Of a stretch of 64,000 nucleotides of DNA, positions 12,456-25,732 are shown in pieces. Both the position numbers and the translations under genes were made by a program. Under the pieces are notes generated by a model. The model was not told the DNA's origin and ran no database searches. It saw only the letters and a program-made list of their open reading frames with translations. Each line of letters starts with the position of its first letter. Position 1 is the stretch's first letter. Source of the stretch: Bispira polyomma (taxonomy: Eukaryota); assembly GCA_965649765.1 (NCBI GenBank), contig OZ287752.1, positions 42,966,001 to 43,030,000 of the forward strand, given 5' to 3'.

Positions 12456-13873
12456 TACAGGTACTTACAAACACAATGATGTGTACATGTGACAATTTCT
12501 ATTTGGACGTTTCACAGTTATACAGAGCATTTAACCCAAACAAGCAGGAAAACTTGATAACTGTGTTGAAACAATACAGAGATTAATATTAGCGGTGGAA
12601 AAATGGATGAACTGTAATGAACTGCAACATTATCTAACTTTATTTATTTAAATTTTATAAAAATATTTATTTACATTTTGTAATAATACCAAACTTAAAC
12701 TTGTAGATCTTAAATATGATAATGTGTCAGACATTGCATTTAACTTGACTGTCTACATATAAAAGAACGAATTGTTTAAAAAAGCCTTTTACGATACATG
12801 TACATGTCATCAGCATATTATAGAATATCCACTCCAGATAAAGTCCTGCTGGTTGAGCGTTCACTAAACAAAAGACCTTTGCAGACCAATGATTTTCTTT
12901 GGCAGCCCTAAAAATATGAAATAGGCTGCCATTATCTAATTCGCTCAATATACACCTTTTAGACAAAATAATATATCTATTTTTTTCAAATTCAACTCTG
13001 TTCAACAGCTGATGTCAAACTATGATGTATATGCACTTGTACATAGCCTATATAAAACGCTATAGAACAGACCTTGGAGATAAGAGGTCTTGTTACACTG
13101 CTTAATGCTATAACATCATGATTAACAGTGTTTTAATACTGTGACATGTTGCATTCTTAAACACAAAGGTTTGCAAATGTTGTTTTGCCAGTGCTAATTT
13201 GCTTGTTACAATCACATATCCTTCCTTAATTATGTATATTTATACATGTTAGTGTGCCAGTATATTTGATATGTAGGTGTATGTCCATTATGGTTTTATG
13301 ATTACCAAGTTGTAGTGCGGACAAACCCTAATAGTAATAACAATGGCAGAAGATTAATCTCCAGCTTTGAGGGTGGCTAACAGAATCTCAAATACTGTAT
13401 ATATCACAAGTAGGATCTATTTCAGACAATCTAGTCAAAGTACTATTACATGGCGACATTTTGAATCTATTACAATTACTATCGCATTTTAAATTTAGAT
13501 AATGTTGCAATTACATGACCATCTGGTACTTCTATTACTTTCTGTTACATTTTGGGTAAACCATATTTTGTCTAGTAGGTCATTATATCAATAAAATTCA
13601 CCATATCTGGAGAATGAATCAGGAATATTTGCAACAGTTTATTGAAACACCTAACCACTCCATTAACAAAACGATAACTTTCAACAGTACAGTTATTGTA
13701 TAATATTGTTTACTACCTGTAAACTTACAACAGATTAATATTTATATATTGCAAGCTCTGTCATGCTGTCTAGGTTACATGAAGAGTGTTCAACTTCTAA
13801 GTCCTCTGATATTAAACAACAAAGCTTCTAACATACAGATCCTTAACTAAAAACGACATTTCTTCTTTTGTTA

Positions 13874-13990
13874 AATAATAATAATAATAATGCATTTTTA
13901 ACGCGCTTTATTGATGCCAGGCATCTTCTAAAGCGCAACAGCAGAATCAGTGATCCAATCGTAAAGTCCATGGGCATAGCAAGGTTAAAG
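13874..13990 (-). mobile_element. L2-like LINE 3' tail fragment (same family as 35087-35440)
   Basis: Highly similar to 35095-35185 (CGCTTTATTGATGC(C/T)AGGCATCTTCTAAAG...ATCGTAAAGTCCAT), with an (AAT)n tail. Confidence 0.7.
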
Positions 13991-14624
13991 TATATTCCCA
14001 AAGCATGTATTTGTTAAGCAAAACCTTGACTGATTTGGACTTTTACTGCGTCATATTTAATTAAACACATAAAGCATGGTAGCGACTTTAGTCACAAATT
14101 ACAAGCCACAAGGTGCCTTTACTCCGGCTTAATTGGTGTTATATTTCTTTCATTCCCAGAATTCAGAGGTAAATATCATTAATATGCTTTCTCCCTGTCA
14201 CAAAAAAGTAACACCTGATTAGATTCCCTTTGAAAATAACCATGTAAAACGAAATTGATGTAATTCAAATCATACATGTGAAAACTATCACATTTTACTT
14301 ACTCAATTTAATTAAGTGAATTTGTATTACTTCTGAAACTGATCGGGTCATGACCGTTAATAGGTGTCATTGTAATCACAAGCCCGATTTCATAGTAATA
14401 GCTTTTTTGAGATTGTGACAATTATGCTTTGAACAAAAAACTTGCTGACACATTAATAAATATCTGCCCGAAATTAAGCTAAATTAAAAAAAGTCCAGGA
14501 CGAATGATATCTAACTCTGAACAATGCGAGTCTTTTAAGTGAGTTCTTTAATCAACCTCTGTGACATAAATTAATATGATGCATCTACAATTTCAGCACC
14601 TTGAAAAAAGAGAGAACACACTCA

Positions 14625-14800
14625 ATCATGGCTCTTAGCTAGTAGATCTTTGTGTTTAAGGTGAAACTTAGATCATAGATTCAAGCATTGCTCTTATCTA
14701 GGGTATCTTTGTGTTTAAGGTGTAACTTAGATCACATACTCAATTATAGCACTTAGCTAGTATATTTTTGTGTTTAAGATGAAACTTAGATCACATTTAT
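14625..14800. repeat. Tandem repeat, ~60-bp unit, 3 copies
   Basis: CTTTGTGTTTAAGGTGAAACTTAGATCA core recurs three times. Confidence 0.8.
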
Positions 14801-17800
14801 CAGCTTTGGGACATCAGTAAAGTAACACAGGTCTTCAGTTTTCACATTCCATATTTTAGCCAAACAATCATTCAAAGTAATATTAGTTTACTTTTTCTCA
14901 CATATGATTCACAGAGTAGACCAACAGGCAGACTTCATTGTAAGCCGTCAGTAGACATTTGCTGTGCTCCACCTTCTATGCTTGGGGATGTGGTTCCATT
15001 TTTGGGCCTGTATCTTGTATTAGTAAAATAAGGTGTTCAGAAGACCTTCAGATAATTGTCACTACGTTGTTTTGACTTCAACGTGTTTGTTTGTTGTTGG
15101 AAATTATAAATAACCCGCAATTAGGAGCACGTGGTAACATTGTTTGCTGTTTTACTCTACAAAAGATGAGAGACGAATCAGATGACTGAACCTTTTTTAA
15201 TGAGAAGATGTGAAGTGTTAACAGGACATGGTTAAACAGGGAGTTGACTAAAACAAGACAGGGACTTATCCCCCTTTCCCTCCTGGCTGAGGTCACATGT
15301 TTTAGTCATGTGGTTTGAGACCATCACATGGCCACAGCTGTAAAGCCATGGTCACACACAAACTACTCACTGCTAGCATCCCTTTCTTAGCATAACAGCT
15401 AAAATGTGCACTATTCATTAAAGTACAGCCTTTTATTCTGCAATCTGCCAAAGAGAGTCAATATAAACACACCACTCTGAACAAATTACTGTGTTGGCGA
15501 AGTGGTGGACATTAGCTTACAGTCACTGACGTCACCTCAGGACTGTCAACAGAATCTGTTGTCACATTAGGCTGGTACTGGTATATGGCTAACACTCTCG
15601 TCTCCCCCTCTACAACCCTAGTGTTCAAATTTCAACCCAATTTACTGTCAAGATTTTATGAATATCAAGGGAGTCACTATCATGTTAGTGATAGCTTCCT
15701 GGGACTAAATTCTCCTTTGCTTGACTTTCCAACCCATTCAATCATCTATGTCAATATGTTTTTGTGCTTTAAGTTCTTAACATATAAATCTTTACCAATT
15801 TTTCTGTACTGGTTTCCTCCAACACTAAACTGACTATTATGATTCATTGCTTTCTCCACAAACATTTTCCTGTTATATCATACGGTGCCATTAGATTAGT
15901 AAGATAGATTGCTAATAGATATGATTTAACCGTTTTTTCTTTACGCCCTATTCATACTGATGATTTTTACACAGAAACAATAATAATCATATACTGAGAA
16001 ATAGTTTGTTACAAAGTTTGACCAGTGTTTCAGTCTGGACAATTTAGCTTTGTTAATGGCATTTGTTAGAACTCTGCATATCAGTTGGACATTTTACATA
16101 TAACAGATTTAACTGGTCAACTTTAAAAAAGTAAACGTAAGATCTTAAGGATATATCTAAGATTCCAGATTTACTATATAACGCCATAATACACTACATA
16201 TACTGTGAAAATTTATTCTGGTGAACTTCTCAAAAATTGTAAACAAGAGAAATGTTTTTCCAGTTAAAATGTCCATTTGTACAGTGTTTCTTTTAAGCAC
16301 AGGTGGGCAGTTCACTTCATCAAGTGTAATACTACAGGTGCATACTTTATAGCTCCCAAACTCCACATATAAAGCCTTATTGACAATGGTCAGCTGTAAC
16401 TTGCCCAGGGTTCAAAGGAAACAGACTCCCTGTACAAATCCCTAGGCCTCCAGGCCTCAGACTCTCTCAAGCCTTTTAATAAATCTACATCTCACATCTT
16501 ATTTCCGTCAGAACCCTGTAATTACTACCAGGGCTGGAAATAATAAATTACTATAGACCATTAATGACAGTTTTAATTATGAATGGTTTCAGCTATCTGG
16601 CTGGCCACAGGGGGAATATTACTGCTGAATAATAGGGATCATGTTGCAAATAACAGACCTGATTCTCCTCACTGCAGCTTCAGGTAAAATCCTCACCACA
16701 GAGGAGAGTAAACCGAGCTATTTCCCTTGGTAATCATATCAATTAATATTTGATCTGCAGTGATTAAAAAGTGATTGCACTGCTTAGAGGAATTAATTTC
16801 CTGCCAGCGGATGGTTGGGAGACCCCCCTTGCAGATGAGAACTAATAATCTGGGAGGATATGAAGATAAATCCGCCCAATGGACACTTAAACTCTTAAAG
16901 AAACCCAAAATGTATGTAGCCCGTGCAGCCATTAAAGTGAGGTCATCAGCAAATAGTGTAACTCCAGGAAAAAATTAGTTATAATACTTTATTACTGGAG
17001 ATATAGAGTCGATTTGTGGAGTTGACAAGGTAGAGCAGTAGACACAGTGTATTTTAGGACAACACACTCAATGGTTTGTGCTGAGTTTATAGTGTCTTCT
17101 CATCATTACAAGGGTATGGTTTTGGTGTGTAAGTCTATCTGAGCCACTAATTGCTGTCGTTCACCGAGGACCCTGCTACATTGGAGACCCTCTCTGTTGG
17201 GGACAAACAGCTGCTAATTACTTCCACTTTTCCCGCCAGCAGGTTCACTTCCCCCGTCTGCCCCCCTAGATAGGTCTTGCTTATTATCTACTGGTGTCTG
17301 TTTACACAACCAGTAGTCTTAATGCTGTCTTGGCTACAGGTCTGGTTTTAAACTCTGTCCATTTAGCAGAAAACATCACTATTTATTTATTATTTAATTT
17401 TTACCATATGAATTTTGTACAAAACGAGAAGTATTCAGCCCCATATTGGCTTCTTAGTCACTTTTTGTCTTGGTCCCACCGGATTTACGTTAGGATATGT
17501 AAGTCACGCTTTTTAAAATATTTGATACAAAAGTCCACGAAAAGGATGATTTCCTTCATGCGAAAGCTGCAATTTTTTACGTCAATATATGTAAAACATC
17601 ACAGGTGACGACCATATCCGTATTACGTATTAAATGACACATAATTCTATTTCAAGTCACATGAGAAAATGCATAATCTGACGTTTAAGGTTGACACTAA
17701 TTATCTAAATGACCTAAAGCCTTGCCCTCCATACAAACACATATACCACCTTAGCAAAGGCCATATGCCATCAACTGTAACTGTGATTTTACTTTTTTCT

Positions 17801-18139
17801 CATAATTACACAACCAACTTGGTAAATAAGTCCACAATTTCACAAGGAAATAGATTACAGGGTACCAAATAATGAATATTATTGAGGTGAAAACCTTAAA
17901 AAAAAGTGCAAATGTAATATGGTGACTGCAGCCAATATTGTTTCATGTAATAAGATTTGAAAATATAACTGAATATTTTTAAAAATAATTAAATTACTGG
18001 TTTTAAGAATGAATAAATGGTTGGGAGTAATATTTTTTACTTCAATCTTTACCTCAATGAGTATGTTACATGCATCAACAGTGACTGCAACATACATGTT
18101 GCATTTCTACTTTCCCATGACTTGTACCCGATGAAAATG

Positions 18140-20555
18140 TTAAACCAATGCCTTATTTTCAGCATGTGAAAGAACCTTCATATGTTCCTGTACTTCTGAA
18201 TCGTTGAGCAGTGACAGATGTTGCTAACTTAAATTAGCGGACAGGCTGGAGGTCTGGTTGGCCTGTTCCAGAATATTATCCATGATGTTCCTGTCGTCTC
18301 GGTCCTTGGCCTTAGTTTCCTAGGGCCAGTGTTGTTGGGGTCACACTGTCTGAGCGACTCAGGACAGCGTGTCCTGCTGCTACGTCAAGAAGCTGCCCAA
18401 CATCCTCAACTTATGATGGAAGCCTCCGATGGCTAGTGAAACAAAATTATTTCATTGTTAAAGACATATCCTTCCTGGTCTTTATCAGTATATCATGACT
18501 TTATTCAGTATGCCAGTAAGAATTTTTAAGTTCATCGATTGTTGGGAGTAAATTTTGGTGCAATTACAAAAACAATTCAGGAAATAGTTCTAACTGTAAA
18601 GGTCAAAGGTCAAAGTTTGGATTTCACATTTCATTCGATAGGTAGGGTCATGTCAACAGAGCCATTTCTAAGCCTGTGCTAGCACTACACAACTTTAGTT
18701 TATGGACTGGATTCCAAACTTGGTGACCATAACACCACTGAGTAATTGTAAGAATAATGAAAGCCAAACATACTGTGGTGTTCTTCTGAACTCTAGAATT
18801 GATAGATCTGTCTGGAGAGGATGGTGTTAAAGATCCACTCCACTCGCTTTGTTGGTTTTCTGTATCCCGTACTGGATGGTGGCAGTTCAGTGTGTCTGGC
18901 ATCAGTGTTCCTGATATTGGTCTACCACTGGCGCAGCTGGTCTCCTGTAATCAACAAAATTGCTACTGTTTAGTGATATTGATGCAGAAGCCCAGCATTA
19001 CATATTTCACAATTACAGATTCACAGTTATGACCTGGAAAGGTTCACACTATGATCTAGACACAGTTATGACCCGTGATCTTACATTGAAGAAACATTTC
19101 ACTACATAAAATTAGGAAAATGTTTAAAACATACTAAACACATTGCATGACAGTAATACGTGGTAATACAGTTTCAACAACCGGAGTTATGATATAAGCA
19201 TCTGCAGTGAAGGAGTTGATAATTACTTAAAAAAATAAACACCAGATATATATACAGAAATTCAACAGATCGTTGTTTTGGATGAATCAATACATTACAT
19301 TCAACATTTATTACAAATATTTGATTTACTTAAAATCACATTTAAATATATAGTTAACTATCACAATACCTGTAACAACAAATATTGTGGCCTTCAGCAC
19401 CCAGATCACAAGGTTCTCAGCATTGAACAAGGCGTACTCTCCTTGTCCCAAAGCAGCTTGTTTGACTTTACCCACTCAGATGCATCTTCTTGCTGCTGCT
19501 GGTACTGTATAGCCTCCTCTTGGTACTGTATAACCTCCTCTTGGTACCGTATAGCCTCCTCTTGGTACTGTATAGCCTCCTTGTGGTACTGTATAGCCTC
19601 CTCTTGGTACTGTATAACCTCCTCTTGATACTGTATAACCTCCTCTTGGTACTGTATAGCCTCCTTTTGGTACTGTATAGCCTCCTTGTGGTACTGTATA
19701 GCCTCCTCTTGGTACTGTATAGCCTCCTTGTGGTACTGTATAGCCTCCTCTTGGTACTGTATAGCCTCCTCTTGGTACTGTATAACCTCCTCTTGGTACT
19801 GTATAGCCTCCTCTTGGTACTGTATAGCCTCCTTGTGGTACTGTATAGCCTCCTCTTGGTACTATATAGCCTCCTCTTGGTACTGTATAGCCTCCTTGTG
19901 GTACTGTATAACCTCCTCTTGGTACTGTATAACCTCCTCTTGGTACTGTATAGCCTCCTCTTGGTACTGTATAGCCTCCTTGTGGTACTGTATAGCCTCC
20001 TCTTGGTACTGTATAGCCTCCTCTTGGTACTGTATAGCCTCCTTGTGGTACTGTATAACCTCCTCTTGGTACTGTATAACCTCCTCTTGGTACTGTATAA
20101 CCTCCTCTTGGTACTGTATAACCTCCTCTTGGTACTGTATAGCCTCCTTGTGGTACTTTATAGCCTCCTCTTGGTACTGTATAGCCTCCTTGTGATACTG
20201 TATAGCCTCCTTGTCGTACCGTATAGCCTCCTCTTGGTACTGTATAACCTCCTCTTGGTACTGTATAACCTCCTCTTGGTACTGTATAGCCTCCTTGTGG
20301 TACCGTATAACCTCCTCTTGGTACTGTATAACCTCCTCTTGGTACTGTATAGCCTCCTCTTGGTACTGTATAGCCTCCTCTTGGTACTGTATAACCTCCT
20401 CTTGGTACCGTATAGCCTCCTCTTGGTACTGTATAGCATCCTCTTGGTACTGTATAACCTCCTCTTGGTACTGTATAACCTCCTCTTGGTACTGTATAGC
20501 ATCCTCTTGACGCTGTGCTTTCTGATCATCTCTGCCTCTCCCCACATTCTGTCTT
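18140..20555 (-). pseudogene. Spliced MADF (Myb/SANT-like) domain pseudogene; exons 20555-19370, 18944-18774, 18432-~18140
   Basis: GT-AG sites: TTAG|20555, CAG|GTATTG at 19370, TTGATTACAG|18944, CA|GTATGT at 18774, TTTCACTAG|18432. Reconstructed peptide EDASEWVKSNKLLWDKEST/frameshift/FNAENLVIWVLKATIFVVT|GDQLRQW*TNIRNTDARHTELPPSSTGYRKPTKRVEWIF fits MADF Trp spacing, and the phase-1 junction keeps the frame. Confidence 0.7.
19500..20509. repeat. Minisatellite, 21-bp unit, ~48 copies
   Basis: Unit GGTACTGTATA(G/A)CCTCCT(CTT/TGT), very homogeneous with no indels (the plus-strand frame 19490-20608 stays open). Confidence 0.97.
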
Positions 20556-21195
20556 CTAACCACAAATATCCAAAATCCAAATCAACAAAAACAATAAAAC
20601 ACATTTAACTTCACTGAGAGCTGAATTCATACTACACATATATTTAAGTGCTTTCACATACAAAAACAACAGTTTAGGAGTTTATGTGTGTTTCGCGTAC
20701 ATACATTTGTGACAGATTATTGACATTAAGCAAGATCTGTGGTGCCTTTGCGAGTGAATGCGTACAGCGAGGAAATTTTTCACGTGAATGTTGACGTAAT
20801 TGAGTTGTTCGTCATACAATGGCATCTACATCATCTCGCAAGTACTTGCAACTTAGACATGGCTTTAAGACATCACCATAAAAACACATGCACAGTTTCG
20901 CACATTTATGTAAGAACAAGTTATCACACGTCAAATCTTGCAAGAGTGACGCAAACATTGACTCTGACACATGTTACAATCAGACAACGCTTGCATGTCC
21001 AAATTTCAAACAGTTTAAAATTTGAAATTTCTTGCGTCACATCTCCCACGTCAGGTTGTCTACTTGGACGTCTAATATGTCAAACCCCATGCAAACCCTA
21101 CGCAAACCTAAACTTATACACTTTGACATGACATCCAGCATAAAGACCGGTAGGACCGGATAATTAGACAGAAACACCCCATAAATCAGGATCAA

Positions 21196-21452
21196 TTTGA
21201 ATTTGAATTTGGATATTTAACGTCCACTCTAGTACCTTTTAGTAGGTTATATTGGGACAGGTAATTGGAAACACTGGAGGAAACACTGCATACAGTCGGT
21301 CAAGGTTCTGCAGAGAAACCAGCGATCCACAGTAAAGAACTACCACCTTTCCCACATAAGCATCGATGGGATTCGAACTCACGCCGCCCAGAGGTGAGAG
21401 ACCAGTGATTGTGAAGCGCAATGCTTGCTAACCACTAGGCCACCGTGGGCCC
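21196..21452 (-). mobile_element. Full-length tRNA-derived SINE (V-domain-like body) with 14-bp TSD
   Basis: Minus strand: A box TGGCCTAGTGG, B box GTTCGAATCC, GGTTTCTCT...GTTTCCTCC V-like segment, tail GTGGACGTTAAATATC(CAAATT)n. Perfect direct repeat TAAATCAGGATCAA at 21182-21195 and 21453-21466. Confidence 0.88.
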
Positions 21453-24047
21453 TAAATCAGGATCAAAGTACAGTAGCAAATTTACTCTTGAATTTGTTTA
21501 AACACATATAAATCAATAACTAGTTATGACTTAATAATAATTATAAATGTATCTCTTAACCGAACTGCAATTTGATCTCGTTCACTGTTTGTGGCTTGTA
21601 TCAACTGCAGTACTTTGGAGCTTTGTTTTGCTTGGCTTTCATGAGTACACTATTTCCAAATCAGGCTCTTCAGTTTAATGTGATGTTTTATGTTTTGGCT
21701 GATATCAACCACATATGCCTTTACTTGCATGAGTCAAAAGCAACAGGAAATGAACCCTCTACACACAGCCAGACTATGCTAGCCAGTAGTCTATGCTTCT
21801 TGGTCAAGTGATAACAGGCATATATCCACTGTGCAATAATTACTTGTAGCTCTGAAATGTATGCTGTAAAAGTATTATTAAATATATAAATAATAGTTAT
21901 AATTTATTTGCATTGAAAGTTTTAATCGCCATTAATATGTTAGGTAAAACATGGTCGGTTGTGAAAATTAATTCTGGTGAATTCCTTCCAGTTAATAAAT
22001 CACTGCAATTTGGCTTGAACCAACTAAAGTTTATGCTTACACAATAATTACACAACCATGCCAGGTGAGATGCAGATGATTAACGTCATGTATGTTAGTA
22101 TTTGATCGAATCCAGTAAAATGATGACATTGAAAACGTCATTCTAATAGACAACAGAAACTGTACTAGTGCACTTTATGGTAAGATACTGGACATCTGCT
22201 TACACTGGCCTGACATATTGCCACTCCTCCTGCTGAGGGGAGTTCTAGTTCTATCTAATATTTACTACTTATGCTCAGTATTTGTCACTAATTATGTTAA
22301 CAACAAAATTAGGATTTAATTAAAAGTGTGTCAAACATATTAAACCATAAACAGCTTTTGAAATCAAAATCAGAATACGACACAGGTTCTAGTACTCCTT
22401 ACCGTTTCTATACACTAAGCCACTGACTCACTGTACCACTCTACACTTTGAAGATGCACCAAAACTTGTCTTTATGTCTATAGTTATATATAGCCGTGTA
22501 TATATTGTTACTATAAGACATATAAGCTGTTTGGAAATGCCATTCAATGTTTGGGGAGAAACAATGCAGAAGTTACATTATGGCTTATACTTATTAATAG
22601 CTGGTGACGTTCTGGAATTGACGGGATTGACAGGGCAGGACGCAGCCATAGTGAAAATAGTTCTCGAAATAAAAGATAAAATATTCTGACACATTGAATA
22701 TCACAGTAGTAGGGCTGGGTCCCCATATCTACTATCACAGTATCAGTGTTTAGTGTTATCCTTACGGTTCAGCGTTGATAATTTCATATCAAACAATATA
22801 TTCAAGCGCCAAAATCCAACATGGCCGCCCCTTGTAAATTCTAGAATATGTTAAACTCAAAAATACTACAAATGTAACAACCCAGAGGACACCTGCTAAA
22901 GTGTATCAATGTAAACAAGTCTCTATAGACAATAAGACTCTTTACACAATAAGACTGTACAGGCAATAAGGCTGCATCCCCTTGTTGTAATCAGTTGTTT
23001 TTTTTCTGGCTCATTATTTCTGCCCCATTTACCTTCCTTTTAACTACTGAGATAATCGGGCGTGCAGAGTTGTCGTGTAGAACTAGCATAATATTTGTTT
23101 GTCTTTCTTGTTAGTTTTTTAATATTAAATGTAGTGATTGGGAAGACTTGACCCTTTGGCTCCCCCCTGCGGGGTGAAGGCTGGAGACTGGTGGTTACAA
23201 TTAGATCTCATGTGGCAGGTGACATTCAGGTGTCACCCCATTCTACCTCACACAAGAGGTTATCAAAAAGCAGGGGGGACTATAAGTTTTGACTTAAACT
23301 TAAACCATGAATGTCATAGTAATTCAATAACAACTGGGTTGACTTAAAAGTAATACTGTAGGATTTATAACAACTAAAACATGAAGACTTGTTTTGGTGT
23401 TAACGAAAAGATGAGTGACCATATATATGTTATCTGGACAGATAAGTTATGTTTTTAACTTAAGGGATGCAGGTCTGATATATCCTACAGTTACTGGTGT
23501 TTTGGTAAGACAAATAGTATTACAATATAGCAGGGACTAAACCCACAGGTTGCAACCCATTCTTTCATAACAATTACTTTCAATTCCCATTGTTCTGTGC
23601 TTCACGCTCAGTCAAAATGATATGTCCAATAACAACTGATTTCTGATCTAATTAGCCTCGGGGAGGGGGTAATCATTTAACCTCCTCTCTGAGACCATGA
23701 TTTACAGCAAATTATTCAAGGACCTGATGCTTTGGAGACAAAACTTAGCAGTCATGTGTAAGGAGATTGGAGTAATGAGTGGTAGTCTTCATTTGATTAA
23801 ATACAGCCTGCCACAAGGCGCAAATACGTCATTGAATATTTTTGAAACATTTTATAATTTACAAAATATCTTTTGTCATTTTTTCACAATAACACAATGA
23901 TGCTTTCAAGGTTTTAAAGTTGACTTAATTGTGAACCAGAGTCTTAGAAAAGGCTCAGACGAATTTGGCTGATGCAATTACTGTACACTAAGCTATTTAA
24001 TGACTGTAAACTCCCATAGCCACCATACAATAAATTGTGGCGAAATA

Positions 24048-24254
24048 CTGTATAAATAAAAAATGTCACAAGGAGGTAATTTTTACTATTTTAGCTAACG
24101 ATTTCAGATAGTAAAAAATTAAATCAAAGTAAGAACTTGAACTTGTATATATTTATCTTTAAACCAAAAATTGTCAAGAGTGAAAATTAATTAGAATAAA
24201 CTAAATAAATCGAAATCAATGAATTTTTTCCAGATAAAATTTTTACTTATACAG
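24048..24254. mobile_element. Small MITE, Tc1/mariner-like ends
   Basis: TA|CTGTATAAATAAAAAAT ... ATTTTTACTTATACAG imperfect TIR. Confidence 0.5.
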
Positions 24255-24273
24255 AAGACAACATATATTAATA

Positions 24274-24521
24274 GGTACTAATTTTGCCACCAGCAATTAT
24301 GCCACCTATGTAAAATGTCAAGTTTGGTCAGAAATCAAAACAATTCACTCTACATAAATAAAGAAAAGAACTCCACATCTTTTTTTTAATATATACTCAT
24401 GAAATAAAAAAAATCCACAGTTATAAAAGTGGTGGCAAAATGGATGGTGGAAAATTTATGCGGAGAATTTATGCCCTAAAATATACCGTGGCAAAATTGC
24501 TGGGGGAAAATTTGACGTACC
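24274..24521. mobile_element. MITE with imperfect TIRs and GTGGCAAAATT subterminal repeats
   Basis: Left GGTACTAATTTTGCCACCAGCAATTATGCCAC versus reverse complement of right end GGTACGTCAAATTTTCCCCCAGCAATTTTGCCAC. Confidence 0.65.
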
Positions 24522-25732
24522 CCTCAAGTTATGTGGTGGCAAATCATTCCTCAGCTAAGCTGTACTATTCGTATTTCACTTTTCCATTTCCATAAAACAC
24601 CAAATAAACATTCTATTTAGTACATATAAAATTCTGAATTTGGGGCATGATATTTATATAATTTTGTATTCTGTTTTAAAACTTAATATTTGACTTTTTT
24701 CTCTACCAAGTTTCTTTCTAAAAACTGACAACTGTTCTGACTGGATATTGGCCCCTCATATACTAACGGACTTGTCTGAGTTTGTCTGAGGCAAACAGTA
24801 TCCAGATAAATAGTATCACCTGCAGGACAAAAAATGGTTCATTTTTATCCTAAATTTAACATTATAGACTATTATCTATTCTCAAACGTTAACATATGTC
24901 GAATTTAACATCTGTACACGATTTATCTTTATGACACCTTTTTATTATCTGAAAATATTAGAATCGATGATTACAAGTTCAAATGGTCCTATAGTATGGC
25001 ATTTTCCCTTCTTAATAGTGGTATAGATCTAAACAGATCCTATAATAGTGATGAGTCAGAACTTCATGTATTCTTTTTGTCTTTATGACACTATTTATTG
25101 TCAAAAAGCTGCTATTTTGTAAACTTACATCCTCTAAGTCACCAATTCTTTTAGAATGAATTATTAATGAAAGTATTTATTTGATAATCTCAAAATTTAA
25201 AAAAAAAATGACCCAAAGTGACATTTTGTGGAAATGACTGACACTAAATCTGTATTTCAGGAAATTAAGGCCAGGACTACAAATTAAATGAATGAAGCTT
25301 ATTATGTCATCATTACATGTCGTGTAATTACTCATTGAATTACAAAATTGCAAATGATCACATTTCTTTATTTGAATTCATTCTTTTGTTTTCAAAACTA
25401 TTTTAATTACATAGGCTTTATGAATAATACTGTAGAATGCTCCTATTTAATGGTACACCATGTTAAGTGCCAGTTTAAAATACCATACCATTTAGGTGTG
25501 AAGACATGTACACAAATAACATATAACAAGCCCTCATTTAGATGTTTATCGCCACAAGCTGAGTTATGTAGGACTGAGTAATTTCTCCACTCACACCACT
25601 TTCGCCACTGTAATACTTGTCAACAGCACTTTCGCCGTACTTTTTGGAAGGGGTCATTTTCATCACCACAAATTTTTCAAGAGACATTTGTTCTCACTAT
25701 TTGGTTAATTATTATGGTTGTTTAGAGGACTT

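Larger units (their letters stand above)
17466..21163 (-). mobile_element. Non-autonomous PIF/Harbinger-type DNA transposon carrying a MADF pseudogene
   Basis: Imperfect TIRs (left TGTCTTGGTCCCACCGG, right CCGGTAGGACCGGATAA) with flanks TTT/TTA. Both end regions match the two halves of the MITE at 46393-46860. Internal spliced MADF-like frame; no transposase seen. Confidence 0.7.

Noticed and set aside
11940-12495. Two periodic minus-strand ORFs
   Set aside because: By-products of the 54-bp tandem repeat.
19490-20608. 372-aa poly-Leu/Val/Tyr ORF, Cys/Trp-rich ORFs (+) and the RRLYSTK ORF (-)
   Set aside because: Alternative frames of the 21-bp minisatellite; only the EEAIQYQ frame connects to a recognisable domain and splice sites.
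21370-21452. Possible tRNA gene
   Set aside because: A/B boxes belong to a SINE head with body, tail and TSD; no proper cloverleaf evident. The same applies to the heads at 5730 and 26070.
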